Notes: generated from the letters alone by a model not told the origin. Positions 40,415 to 49,851 are shown, counted from the stretch's first letter. The stretch is 64,000 nt of DNA from Pseudomonadota bacterium (GCA_034439715.1 JAWXAY010000029.1:32001-96000); one strand, 5' to 3'. Program-made: numbers and translations.

Positions 40415-40819
40415 CTATGCTTTCTGTTGTGATTGTTTGGCTTCGTCTTTTTTGAGCTTTTCTATGGCGCCCGTCCAGCCCTCATGCAATGTCTCTAATA
40501 TCTTGATCGCATTTCGAAGTGGGCCTGGATCTCCACTGATATTAGATTTTGTTAACTGATCTAATATGAACATGTAAAGTTGTTCCAGATTTTTGGCTAT
40601 GTCGCCACCCACTGAATGATCGAGCGTATTAGCAAGCTCCATGACGATGTCATAAGTCTTGCCAATATTGAGTCCCCGTTCTGCGATCTGCTTTTGTTCA
40701 CAAGCAACCGCTGCTTTCTTTGCGAACTTGATGGCGCCCTCATACATCATGAGAAGCAGTTTTTCACGACTCGCGCTCGTGACTGCGGTCGCCTTATATT
40801 TTTGATATGGATTCGACAT
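40415..40819 (-). CDS. fliS: flagellin export chaperone
   Basis: LLLMMYEGAI...ELANTLD..GGDIAKNLEQLY...LHEGW. Confidence 0.95.
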   Translation of the reverse strand: MSNPYQKYKATAVTSASREKLLLMMYEGAIKFAKKAAVACEQKQIAERGLNIGKTYDIVMELANTLDHSVGGDIAKNLEQLYMFILDQLTKSNISGDPGPLRNAIKILETLHEGWTGAIEKLKKDEAKQSQQKA

Positions 40820-40837
40820 AGCTCCCTATTCCTCCCA

Positions 40838-42229
40838 CTATCCGCTCATCCCGCCCAAGCTGGCTCCGCCGATGAGGCTTCCGCCACCAAGAGCGCCTAA
40901 TGAGGCTCCCTGAGACTTAAGTTTAGACATTGTTTCTTCTAACCTCGAAAATTGCTTTTTAAGTGCTTCTTCTTTTTTTTCTAGTTGTTTTTCTTTTCTA
41001 GCTATTTGATCCTCAGCCGCACTAATGTTGTGCTGAAGTCCTTTTTTTCTGTTAGCGATAGGGCCAAAAGATGCATTAAGGATCGCACCCAGTTCTCTCT
41101 TCACCATTTGAATAAATCCCGTGCTGTATCCATCGCCCGAAAAAAATGCCTGTACTGCTGCCGAATTCCTCGCAAGGGAGTTCCGAAATTTGTCTTTGTC
41201 AAAATCAAGGGTGCCCGCTCTTGTGAAAACAATACCTAGCTGATTAAGTCTTTTAATATCGCCTTTTGTTCCCAGTACCGGGTCTTGAACAATTCGATGC
41301 ATACGGGATTCAACACTTCTTAAAATGCTATCTCCCCCCAAAGTCTTGCTAGTGTCTGTCGTTTTATCCATTTTATTCTGTGTCTGAACAAAGCCCATCA
41401 CTTCATTCATGGCTTTCACAAACCCTTCGACTTTGCCGCTTACCGCCTCTTGATTTTCTTTCACTCCTACGCTCACGTTCTTTCCGGGATCGGCGCCTTT
41501 TATTTCTAGTGTAACTCCTGGAATAATATCTTCGACCTTGGTATCTGAGATCTCCATTTCGAACCCATCGATTTTGATAACTCCATTTTTGGCTTGCTTT
41601 GAGTCTTCAAAGAAAAAATCCTGATCGCCATCGAGAAAGTAAAGCTTGGGATATTCGATCTGATTGTCTTCACCCACGTGATTCGATGCCAACACCAACT
41701 TGTAGGGGTAGTCTTTGTCTTTTCTATCATTTATGATAGTTGCCTTTATGCCGACGCCCGCTTGATTAATTTTTGCAGCGACACCTTGTAGAGTATTGTT
41801 GGTGCCATCAATATAGACTTCCTTATCGCCGTCAGCAGTTACAAACGACAGGTATCCGACCCCAACTTCTGATTGATCCTTATCCGGAAAGCCATTGGTG
41901 ATCGCCGATGCCTTTTGTGGCATTTCGACAACTTCTATATTCCAGTTTCCTACAGACGTTTTTGTAGGATCAACGATGCCAGTGACAACAGCTGGATTGC
42001 TGCTATTGAGTTCGTAGTCGGTGAATCCCCGGGTTCCTGCCAACTCGCCAAGCGTACCTGTGATACCGCCAACCTTAGCTTCAAGATCTTGAATCAATTT
42101 TAATTTTATTTCTGTTTTACCTTTTTTTAGTTCGAGGTTTTGAATGGGCATGCGTTCAGCTTCCATGATTTTTTCAATCAAGTTTGGCGGTAATCCCGTG
42201 TTAATACCCTGGAAGCTAATATTTGCCAA
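40838..42229 (-). CDS. fliD: flagellar filament cap
   Basis: ISFQGINTGL, TLQGVAAKIN, IIPGVTL, LGGDS, QFSRLE; TTG start. Confidence 0.95.
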   Translation of the reverse strand: MANISFQGINTGLPPNLIEKIMEAERMPIQNLELKKGKTEIKLKLIQDLEAKVGGITGTLGELAGTRGFTDYELNSSNPAVVTGIVDPTKTSVGNWNIEVVEMPQKASAITNGFPDKDQSEVGVGYLSFVTADGDKEVYIDGTNNTLQGVAAKINQAGVGIKATIINDRKDKDYPYKLVLASNHVGEDNQIEYPKLYFLDGDQDFFFEDSKQAKNGVIKIDGFEMEISDTKVEDIIPGVTLEIKGADPGKNVSVGVKENQEAVSGKVEGFVKAMNEVMGFVQTQNKMDKTTDTSKTLGGDSILRSVESRMHRIVQDPVLGTKGDIKRLNQLGIVFTRAGTLDFDKDKFRNSLARNSAAVQAFFSGDGYSTGFIQMVKRELGAILNASFGPIANRKKGLQHNISAAEDQIARKEKQLEKKEEALKKQFSRLEETMSKLKSQGASLGALGGGSLIGGASLGGMSG

Positions 42230-42230
42230 A

Positions 42231-42244
42231 GTTCCTCCATGAAC
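42231..42244 (-). promoter_or_regulatory. CsrA-type site over the fliD RBS
   Basis: GTTC-ATGGAG-GAAC hairpin with AUGGA in the loop overlapping the SD. Confidence 0.6.
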
Positions 42245-42349
42245 CCACTATGAATATCTTCGCAGAGAAAAAACTAAATCTGTGAGTCAATAAAATGATA
42301 ATAGTGCTTTTGCCTAGGGTTAGAATTTTGACAGAATGGTGACCAAAGG

Positions 42350-42733
42350 CTAAAGGGCTTTGTTAAAAATTCGGCCTTTTTTAATTTCCTTATCGGAGTC
42401 CTTCAAAATGTGCCAAAGGTCTTTGGCGGCAACACGTCTCACGACTTTTCCGGTGGGGTCCTCTATCAAGACAAAATGCTTGCCATTGATAAGTTTTAAA
42501 TTTACCTGAAGATTATTGTCTTTTACGCCGGGATGAGCTTTTAGAGTTTCTACGACCTTATTTAACTCTTCTTCACTCAATTCTCTGGGACCTTCTTCCG
42601 GTCCTCTGTTTATCTGGCCGTTGGCATCACGTTCAGCACTCGCATCAGACTTAATTTCGGCCTTCTTTTCAGTGTCAGCCCGAGTCGTTGCTAATGTATT
42701 GTTAATAATGTTGTTAATTGAGCGTATATCCAT
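42350..42733 (-). CDS. FlaG-like protein
   Basis: C-terminal VLIEDPTGKVVRRV; located between flagellin and fliD; ATG 42733 preferred. Confidence 0.65.
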   Translation of the reverse strand: MDIRSINNIINNTLATTRADTEKKAEIKSDASAERDANGQINRGPEEGPRELSEEELNKVVETLKAHPGVKDNNLQVNLKLINGKHFVLIEDPTGKVVRRVAAKDLWHILKDSDKEIKKGRIFNKAL

Positions 42734-42799
42734 TTCATAATCACAATCGGAAGTCTCAATTAAAAACAAAAGGCCGGATCTTCGAGACTAGAAAAAAAT

Positions 42800-42839
42800 A
42801 AAAAAAAGCTGGGTAGTCCCCTCGACTGAACTACCCAGC
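42800..42839 (-). terminator. intrinsic terminator of flagellin 1
   Basis: GCTGGGTAGT/ACTACCCAGC 10-bp stem followed by a T-run. Confidence 0.85.
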
Positions 42840-42897
42840 ATGCCATTACTAGACTAATTGACGTACCACTCTTTATTTATAAATTAAGAACCAGTGA

Positions 42898-43731
42898 TCA
42901 ACCCAATAATTTCAATGCGACGGTAGGAAACTGATTAGCCTGTGCCAATACAGAAGCTGTCGCATTAAGTAAAATGCTCCCTTTAGTTAATTCTGCAGTT
43001 GAAGCAGCTATGTCAGTATCTCTGATCCGAGAATTTGCTGCTGACAAGTTTTCAACTCCAACCCCTAAATTATCATCGGTTGAGATTAGGCGATTTTGAA
43101 TGGCGCCCAAATTTGCGCGAAAACCATTTACCTTAACTTGCGCGCTTTCAATTGTATCAAGGGCTGACCGAGCACCTTCTGCACTCGAAAAATCAAAGTC
43201 GTCTATCCCCAATGCGGTGGCAGTTGCTTCAGTTTCGCCGGCATCAAATTTAATGCGGTCAACAAAATCGTCATTATTAATGTCTACTTGAAATGCAAAT
43301 TCTTTTCCGGATCCATTGAGTACATGAATATCCCCAAATCGCGTTGACTGAGCAATGCGTTCAACTTCAGCCTTTAGTTGGACTACCTCTTTGTTTACAA
43401 ATGCCCGCTCTTGGTCGCCAAGATTGTCCGATGCTGCCTGCACTCCTAACTCTCGCAGTCTTGTGATAATATTGCTGATCTCATTGAGTCCGCCCTCAGC
43501 AATTTGCACAACTGACATAGCGTCGTTAGCATTTCTTTGGGCCTGTTTGTATCCACGAATACGTGATTTTAGATTTTCACTAATTGACAGCCCGGCTGCA
43601 TCGTCCGCAGCTTTTGTGATTCGGCTTCCTGATGCTAGTTGAGCATAACTTCGCTCAACTGTTCTTTGGCTTCCTGAGAAAGCTCGTTGGGCATTTATTG
43701 ACGCTATATTGGTACTCACTGTTAATGGCAT
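42898..43731 (-). CDS. fliC: flagellin (277 aa)
   Basis: LASGSRITKAADDAAGL...RANLGAIQNR...NSRIRDTD...LAQANQ. Confidence 0.97.
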   Translation of the reverse strand: MPLTVSTNIASINAQRAFSGSQRTVERSYAQLASGSRITKAADDAAGLSISENLKSRIRGYKQAQRNANDAMSVVQIAEGGLNEISNIITRLRELGVQAASDNLGDQERAFVNKEVVQLKAEVERIAQSTRFGDIHVLNGSGKEFAFQVDINNDDFVDRIKFDAGETEATATALGIDDFDFSSAEGARSALDTIESAQVKVNGFRANLGAIQNRLISTDDNLGVGVENLSAANSRIRDTDIAASTAELTKGSILLNATASVLAQANQFPTVALKLLG

Positions 43732-43782
43732 ATTTCTCTCCTGGTGTTAGACCGTCGAGGTCTGGTTTAGCTTGCACCAACT

Positions 43783-43809
43783 CTTTCGGCCGGGTCGGGC
43801 CCCACTGAA
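43783..43809 (-). promoter_or_regulatory. sigma28-type promoter (flagellin 1)
   Basis: TTCA-N15-GCCGAAAG. Confidence 0.65.
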
Positions 43810-43980
43810 GTCACGTCGTGCAAATCTCAACTGAAGTCTTGGAGAAAATAGGCAAAGGTCGTGAAAACTACGACCAAAATAGGGATTTTTCTAAACTTAT
43901 GTCTAGACTGTTTTTTAGTAGGGGTAGACTAAACGCGATCAGCCTTTAGCTTGTACCGACTCAAGGACCGTCTCGTCCTG

Positions 43981-44023
43981 AAAAGGTACCCCAGAGGTTT
44001 TATCCTCTGGGTAGGTAAGTACC
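43981..44023 (-). terminator. probable terminator of flagellin 2
   Basis: CCCAGAGG/CCTCTGGG stem extended by GGTAC/GTACC, then TTTT. Confidence 0.55.
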
Positions 44024-44048
44024 AGAAGGGAGGATCCCCTTCAAAAAC

Positions 44049-44882
44049 TTAACTTAGCAACTTCAATCCTATTGCAGGAAATTGATTTGCCTGTGCAAGG
44101 ACTGCTACGGTTGCATTTAGTAATATATTATTCTTCGTTAATTCAGCTGAAGACGCGGCGACATCAGTATCTCGAATGCGAGAGTTAGCTGCCGATAAGT
44201 TCTCAATAGCTACGCCAATGTTATCAGATGTTGAAATCATACGATTCTGAATAGCTCCCAAGTTGGCACGAAAGCCGTTAACTTTAGCGAGTCCTTTTTC
44301 AATCGTATCGAGCGCCGAGCGTGCGCCTTCTATGTCTTTAAAATCAAAACCAGAAATACCTAGTGAACTTGCGGTAGCTTCGGTTTCACTCGCATCAAAG
44401 CTAATCCTATCAACGTCATCGTTGTTTCCAATATCTACTTGGAATGAAAAAAGACTGCCTGAGCCGTCGATCATTTTAACATCACCAAATCTAGTAGATT
44501 TAGCAATACGGTCAACCTCTGCAACTAAGTGTTGAACCTCTTTGTCTACAAATCCGCGCTCAGTATCTCCAATATTATCTGAAGCAGCTTGCACCCCGAG
44601 TTCTCTCAAGCGTGTCATGATGTTACTAATCTCGTTTAATCCACCTTCAGCGATTTGTACAACTGACATTGCGTCGTTGGCATTTCGTTGGGCTTGAGTA
44701 TACCCGCGTATTCGCGATTTCAAGTTCTCGCTAATAGATAAACCAGCAGCGTCATCCGCTGCTTTGGTAATGCGGCTACCAGAAGCCAGCTGAGCATAGC
44801 TCTTGCCAACTTCTCTTTGGCTAGTTGCCATAAATCTCTGTGCATTGATCGATGCAACGTTCGTGTTAATCAGTAAAGGCAT
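44049..44882 (-). CDS. fliC: flagellin (277 aa)
   Basis: Flagellin N- and C-terminal motifs; GGGAGGA RBS before ATG 44882 (ORF-track start at 44924 is too early). Confidence 0.97.
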   Translation of the reverse strand: MPLLINTNVASINAQRFMATSQREVGKSYAQLASGSRITKAADDAAGLSISENLKSRIRGYTQAQRNANDAMSVVQIAEGGLNEISNIMTRLRELGVQAASDNIGDTERGFVDKEVQHLVAEVDRIAKSTRFGDVKMIDGSGSLFSFQVDIGNNDDVDRISFDASETEATASSLGISGFDFKDIEGARSALDTIEKGLAKVNGFRANLGAIQNRMISTSDNIGVAIENLSAANSRIRDTDVAASSAELTKNNILLNATVAVLAQANQFPAIGLKLLS

Positions 44883-44955
44883 ATATCCTCCCTTTTGTTG
44901 TGAAGGCTCTGCCTTCTGCCACATGCCAGGAATACCTACTACCTGACCTTTAGCC

Positions 44956-44969
44956 CCGCGTCCTTACGG
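44956..44969 (-). promoter_or_regulatory. CsrA-type GGA hairpin in the flagellin 2 leader
   Basis: CCG-TAAGGACG-CGG with AAGGA in the loop. Confidence 0.55.
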
Positions 44970-45044
44970 TTGTTGTTGTTTTTTTCTTCTACAAACCCCA
45001 AGACCTTTCTTTCGAGTCGAGTCTTGTTGCTTGTTACAACCAAC

Positions 45045-45071
45045 ATTTCGGCCAGGTCTGCAAGGACATAA
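45045..45071 (-). promoter_or_regulatory. sigma28-type promoter (flagellin 2)
   Basis: TTAT-N15-GCCGAAAT; shares GACTT..GT.......GACC.GGCCGAAA with the flagellin 1 promoter. Confidence 0.6.
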
Positions 45072-45330
45072 GTCTCGTCTACTGGTTCTGGACTAATGTC
45101 ATAGGATTTCTAGACTTACGTGCAGAAAACTAGGCCAATTTCCAGACAGAGGTCTGGCATCTTCAAGACTATAGTTTTGATATGCAGAAAGTCGTGCACG
45201 ACCTTATTTTAGCAGACTTTAATCTAACTCGACATTGGCTCTATCTAGGTTTTTATATATATGGAGGAGTTTCCAGTAAACTATTGGGGCTGCAGATTGT
45301 TTTTCCGATAAATATTTTGAGGAAATATCA

Positions 45331-47178
45331 TTGGGGAAAAAAAAGAAGTTCGAGACGAGTGAGATTTTAATCCGCTTGATGGCAGAGAGAAATATAGATC
45401 CGTCTATTGCTCCTGATGGTGGTTCGTGGACTCTCTTTATTGCCGATCTAACCGAATATTTAAGTGATCTCGAACGCGACCGTGATTTGTTAGAAAAATC
45501 ACTCGAAGTCTCTACAATAGCTGTGGATGAGCGTTGGCATCACCAAGGAGTTTTAGAAAAAGATCTCCTAGAAACCGAAGCCGAACTCCGCGCCCTCTAT
45601 GATGCCTCTCCGCTAGGAATGTTTGTCTGCGACAACAAAGCCAACATTAGCTATGTCAATCGTACCTTTCGAGAAATAACCGGCTATAATCCGCAGTCGT
45701 CATTCGAAAAAGAATGGACTGACTATGTCCACCCTGAAGATCAGAAACACTTTAAAGCCCAATGGAAAGTATTAAAAAACAAACCAGATACGCCAATTGA
45801 TTGTGAAATTCGTTTTTTAAATTTAGAAAATGATGAGTTGATTTGGATCAATTTGCGAATTTCGGCAATTTATATCGAAAAAAATCTCATAGGATTTTTA
45901 GGAACAGTCGACAATATTTCTGAACGAAAAAAAGCCGAATCGCTACTGTTAGGAGAAAAACAGGTATTAGAGATGATCGCACGCAATCTGCCCCTGAAGT
46001 ATACCCTTGCCGGACTCCTGCAAATGATCGAATCTCAAATTATAGAAGTCAAAACAGCAATCTTTTTGATAGACGAGAACAGAAGCCTGACCTTTGCTGC
46101 ATCGCCCAGTATGCCACAAGATTTGATGCTTGAAGTTGGCAAAATAAAAATTCCCTTTATTTCAAACTTCTTTCAAACTTTTAAAACATCGGGCCAAAAA
46201 TTTATTATGCAAGATATTACCGAACAACAAAATTGGGCTGAGTATCTAAAAAAAATCAAACCTCTGAAGTTTAATTCTATCTGGGCCTCTCCACTTTTAG
46301 GCTCTCAACGCGAAGTTGTTGGCTTGATTGCTCTTCATCTCCCACCTGGAAAGTCGCCCCAGGACCGCCACAGTGATATTATAGAATCTTTTGCCGACTT
46401 GATATCCATTACGATTGAAAGAAAAATATTTCAGGACAACCTTGAACGTGAACAATTGAGATTAATTTCATCGTCAAAAATGGCAAGCCTAGGAGAAATG
46501 GCCGGTGGCATTTCTCATGAAATTATGAATCCATTGACCATTATTGATGGCTTTGCCTCGCGCATTGAGCGCATGGCCTCATCCCAAAATATTCAAGCTG
46601 ATAACTTGCTTCACCATACCGAAAAAATTCGCAGCACTGTAACCCGAATCACAAAAATTATTTCAAGCCTCAAAGCATTTGCGAGGGAAGGCGACCGCGA
46701 CGACTTTGAATGTCAGTCAGTAAAAAAATTAATCGGCGATACGCTTGAGTTTTGCCATCAAAAAATCAAACATCGTGGCATTAGTCTGATTATAAAGGAT
46801 TTTGATCAGTCCCTAGAGATTGACTGTCGACCGGTGCAGATTTCCCAAGTACTGCTCAATTTACTTAATAATGCGACAGACGCTATAGAACATCTCGCAG
46901 AAAAGTGGATACTACTTGAAGTTCGCGATGAAACTGATCGCCTGATAATCAGAGTCACTGACAGCGGACAAGACCTTCCCGCCGACGTTGCCGAAAAAGT
47001 AATGAAGCCCTTTTTTACCACAAAACCAGTGGGCAAAGGCACGGGCCTTGGCTTAAGTGTCTCTAAATCATTGATCGAGGGTCATAACGGCACTCTAAGA
47101 ATCGACCACGACATAAAAAACACATGCTTTGTAATTGATTTGCCAAAAATTCAGAACCGGGAAAAAAAGGCGGCATAA
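45331..47178 (+). CDS. cytoplasmic PAS-GAF histidine kinase
   Basis: PAS (YVNR...VHPED), GAF, SHEIMNPL, NLLNNA, DSG, FFTTK..GKGTGLGL. Confidence 0.92.
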   Translation: MGKKKKFETSEILIRLMAERNIDPSIAPDGGSWTLFIADLTEYLSDLERDRDLLEKSLEVSTIAVDERWHHQGVLEKDLLETEAELRALYDASPLGMFVCDNKANISYVNRTFREITGYNPQSSFEKEWTDYVHPEDQKHFKAQWKVLKNKPDTPIDCEIRFLNLENDELIWINLRISAIYIEKNLIGFLGTVDNISERKKAESLLLGEKQVLEMIARNLPLKYTLAGLLQMIESQIIEVKTAIFLIDENRSLTFAASPSMPQDLMLEVGKIKIPFISNFFQTFKTSGQKFIMQDITEQQNWAEYLKKIKPLKFNSIWASPLLGSQREVVGLIALHLPPGKSPQDRHSDIIESFADLISITIERKIFQDNLEREQLRLISSSKMASLGEMAGGISHEIMNPLTIIDGFASRIERMASSQNIQADNLLHHTEKIRSTVTRITKIISSLKAFAREGDRDDFECQSVKKLIGDTLEFCHQKIKHRGISLIIKDFDQSLEIDCRPVQISQVLLNLLNNATDAIEHLAEKWILLEVRDETDRLIIRVTDSGQDLPADVAEKVMKPFFTTKPVGKGTGLGLSVSKSLIEGHNGTLRIDHDIKNTCFVIDLPKIQNREKKAA

Positions 47179-47210
47179 AAAAAACCCCGAGGAATTTCTA
47201 TTCCCCAGGG
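47177..47210 (-). terminator. intrinsic terminator of flagellin 3
   Basis: CCCTGGGGAAT-agaa-ATTCCTCGGGG (two G-U pairs) followed by T8. Confidence 0.8.
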
Positions 47211-47344
47211 CGGGCATTCTAGTAGTTGTGGTTGTCGGACTGTGGGTCTTCTACCGAATCTCCCTTAGATCTGTAAAGTAGAGAGCGCCGGTTAAGTCAC
47301 CGGCATGCTCCTAAAAACCCTAAATAAAATTATCGAATTAAATG

Positions 47345-48172
47345 TTACGCTAAAAGTCTTAGCGCCGAAGCTCCTCGTTGATTAGCTTGCGCCAATACCG
47401 CGATAGAAGCCTGTTGCAGAATCGAAGATGAAGCGAGTTCCGCTGATTCATGCGCTATGTCTGCATCACGAAGTCGTGAATTAGCAGCACTTAAGTTTTC
47501 GTATTGAATATCCAAGTTACTGACAGTTACACCCATTCGGCTCGAAACCGCGCCAAAATCTGCACGCATCTTACCTAATTTAATAAGGGCATCGTCCACT
47601 GTTTGTAGGGAATCACGAGCAGACTCCTTATCACTAAGGGATATGTCGTCATAACCGATGGCACCCCCGGTAGCGTCAGCATTAAATTTGTAACTGACGA
47701 CGTTATCTTTATCACCAAAGGGACCGACGTGGAACTCTAGTTCTTCGCCAGAACCATCAAGCAATTTCATATTTCCGAATCGTGTGGTCTTAGCTATGCG
47801 CTCAGACTCTTCAAGTAATTGCATCGACTCTTGGTTGAGAAACTGTCTCTCAACTTCACCGATGTTGTCAGAAGCAGCTTGTACTCCCAACTCTCGGATT
47901 CGAATCATGATGTTATTGATTTCGCTTAATCCGCCGTCACTCACTTCAATTAATGACTGAGCGTTGTAGGCGTTATTACGTGCCATTGCTATACCGCGAA
48001 TCTGACCTTTTAAGTTTTCAGATATCGCTAATCCTGCTGCATCATCTGCAGCTTTAGTAATGCGGCTACCAGAAGAAAGAGCTGCCATGGCATGCTCGTT
48101 TCTTGATTGTTGTTTGTCGAGTTGTCGTTGAGCGTTGATCGACGCAACGTTTGTTGAAATTCTTAGACCCAT
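47345..48172 (-). CDS. fliC: flagellin (275 aa)
   Basis: MGLRISTNVASINAQR, SSGSRITKAADDAAGL, NSRLRDAD; GGGGAG RBS. Confidence 0.97.
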   Translation of the reverse strand: MGLRISTNVASINAQRQLDKQQSRNEHAMAALSSGSRITKAADDAAGLAISENLKGQIRGIAMARNNAYNAQSLIEVSDGGLSEINNIMIRIRELGVQAASDNIGEVERQFLNQESMQLLEESERIAKTTRFGNMKLLDGSGEELEFHVGPFGDKDNVVSYKFNADATGGAIGYDDISLSDKESARDSLQTVDDALIKLGKMRADFGAVSSRMGVTVSNLDIQYENLSAANSRLRDADIAHESAELASSSILQQASIAVLAQANQRGASALRLLA

Positions 48173-48392
48173 ACTGTCTCCCCACAAAAGACTTCATCCA
48201 TGATGAATAGTCTCAGCCCCGACTCTGGTCGAGTTTGAGCGCCATTCTGGCGTTGTTAATAATCAAAACTAACTTTTGTTGGAATTTGGACCGAAGAATT
48301 AATTACGACATTAGTTCTTTAGTCTCTTGGAGGGATCCTTTAAGTGACTGCTGAAAGGGTTCCTTCAAGCGGCTCCAACGTTTACAAAGAAC

Positions 48393-48419
48393 TAATCGAC
48401 GTTAGTCTAGGAAACTTTA
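48393..48419 (-). promoter_or_regulatory. sigma28-type promoter (flagellin 3)
   Basis: TAAAGTTT-N11-GTCGATTA. Confidence 0.85.
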
Positions 48420-48568
48420 GCCTTAGGTCTAGCAATTCTAAAACGCGAAGCGTCTAGTTGCGGAAGTTACTCACGATAAATTTTAAAGTTTTTTTTAGAA
48501 AACGGCTCGAATAAAGCCTAAAGGTGTTTGAAGGGACCGAATAGTCCCCGAAATAATGCGGCGCATTT

Positions 48569-49396
48569 CTACATTATGAGACGTAAAGCTTTCTGTGGAA
48601 GCGAGTTTGCTTGAGCTAAAACCGCCACGCCCATCTCTTGTAATATTTGAGCTTGAGCGAGCTCTGAAGTTTCATGCGCAATATCGGCGTCAATAATTCG
48701 CGAACGCGCCGCTTGGTTGTTCTCCACTTGTTGATCAAGGTTGTTGATTGCAAATTGAAAACGACTTTGCAGAGCACCAAAGCCAGCGCGCACACCCGCT
48801 AGCTTTTGTATTCCATTATCTAAATCTGGTAATATCTCAGAGGCTTCGTCTTTATCTGCGATGCTAAGTCCAGAGAGGTTCATGGCATCTCCAGAAGTAT
48901 CTGCATCTAGCGATAGCCCAATGATGTTACTCTCGTCAGAGTCAGCACCGACGTGGAACTCAAACCTTTGCCCTGATCCCTCAAGCAGTTTTGCGCTGCC
49001 AAATGTTGTGGATTTTGCAATACGATCAGACTCTTCAGTGAGAAGTTGAAACTCCTGATCTAAAAAACCCCGTTCCGCATCAGAAATACCATCACTCGCA
49101 GCTTGCACAGCAAGTTCACGCAACCTAATCATAATATTATTTTGCTCGGAAAGGCCGCCTTCAGCGACCTGGATTAGAGAAGTTCCATGCTCGGCGTTTT
49201 GACGAGCCCTCGTAAGACCCACCACTCGACCCTTAAGATTTTCGGCAATCGCAAAACCCGCAGCATCATCCGAAGCAGTGACAATTCTCTGTCCTGATGC
49301 GAGTGCTTGAATAGCGTGGTTCACACGCTCGTCAGTTTTTCCCAACTTACGTTGGACATAAAGCGACGCAACGTTTGTACCAATACGAATAGGCAT
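48569..49396 (-). CDS. fliC: flagellin (275 aa, most divergent paralogue)
   Basis: ASGQRIVTASDDAAG, RAGFGALQSR, RSRIIDAD, LAQAN. Confidence 0.96.
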   Translation of the reverse strand: MPIRIGTNVASLYVQRKLGKTDERVNHAIQALASGQRIVTASDDAAGFAIAENLKGRVVGLTRARQNAEHGTSLIQVAEGGLSEQNNIMIRLRELAVQAASDGISDAERGFLDQEFQLLTEESDRIAKSTTFGSAKLLEGSGQRFEFHVGADSDESNIIGLSLDADTSGDAMNLSGLSIADKDEASEILPDLDNGIQKLAGVRAGFGALQSRFQFAINNLDQQVENNQAARSRIIDADIAHETSELAQAQILQEMGVAVLAQANSLPQKALRLIM

Positions 49397-49512
49397 GTCA
49401 GAGCTCCCCTGTTTTGTGCCGCACTTAGAGCCGCCTTATTGGCGACCCAAAGTGAGGCAGCGAAAGATCAAGAAAACCCACAATCCGATAACCCTTTCAA
49501 CAGTCACCAAAC

Positions 49513-49539
49513 TATTCGGTGCGCTGCACTATAACTTTA
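49513..49539 (-). promoter_or_regulatory. sigma28-type promoter (flagellin 4)
   Basis: TAAAGTTA-N11-ACCGAATA. Confidence 0.75.
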
Positions 49540-49815
49540 GTCATATTTTTATATATTGCGTTAAGCTTATGAATTGGTTTTATAATTTTATGATGTTTTG
49601 CGTTAATTTGAATTTTTATCAGACGCTTTTGATAGGATCTTTAGGTGGGCCGTCTCGTTTTATGTCGAACAAGTCAAGTTATACCTTCACTTGTTCGAGA
49701 GTGGGTCAAGAGACAGGTGTTTCGCATTTTCCTGTGGGAAGAGAGATCTTAATAGTCAGTTCAAAAGTGGACACTCGCTAGCTTGGTAAGGTTAGTCACG
49801 TGATCAAAAAATCTC

Positions 49816-49844
49816 TTGATTTGATGTGCGATATACCGTACATT
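49816..49844 (+). promoter_or_regulatory. sigma70 promoter with palindromic operator for the TA module
   Basis: TTGATT-N17-TACATT, 7 nt before GTG; ATGTGCGATA/TACCGTACAT dyad (8/10) at 49824-49843. Confidence 0.65.
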
Positions 49845-49851
49845 AAAAAAT

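Noticed and set aside
43847..43895. AATAGGCAAA-GGTCGT-GAAA...ACGACC-AAAATAGGG, resembling a c-di-GMP-I riboswitch
   Set aside because: Lacks the GACGCAAA junction and second stem, and lies antisense to the flanking flagellin genes; only a 6-bp hairpin is supported
45304..45311. TCCGATAA upstream of the PAS-GAF kinase as a sigma28 -10 box
   Set aside because: No -35 element at 15-16 nt spacing
49395..49781. 128-aa plus-strand ORF
   Set aside because: Overlaps the flagellin 4 leader and promoter and AT-rich DNA; no recognisable protein features
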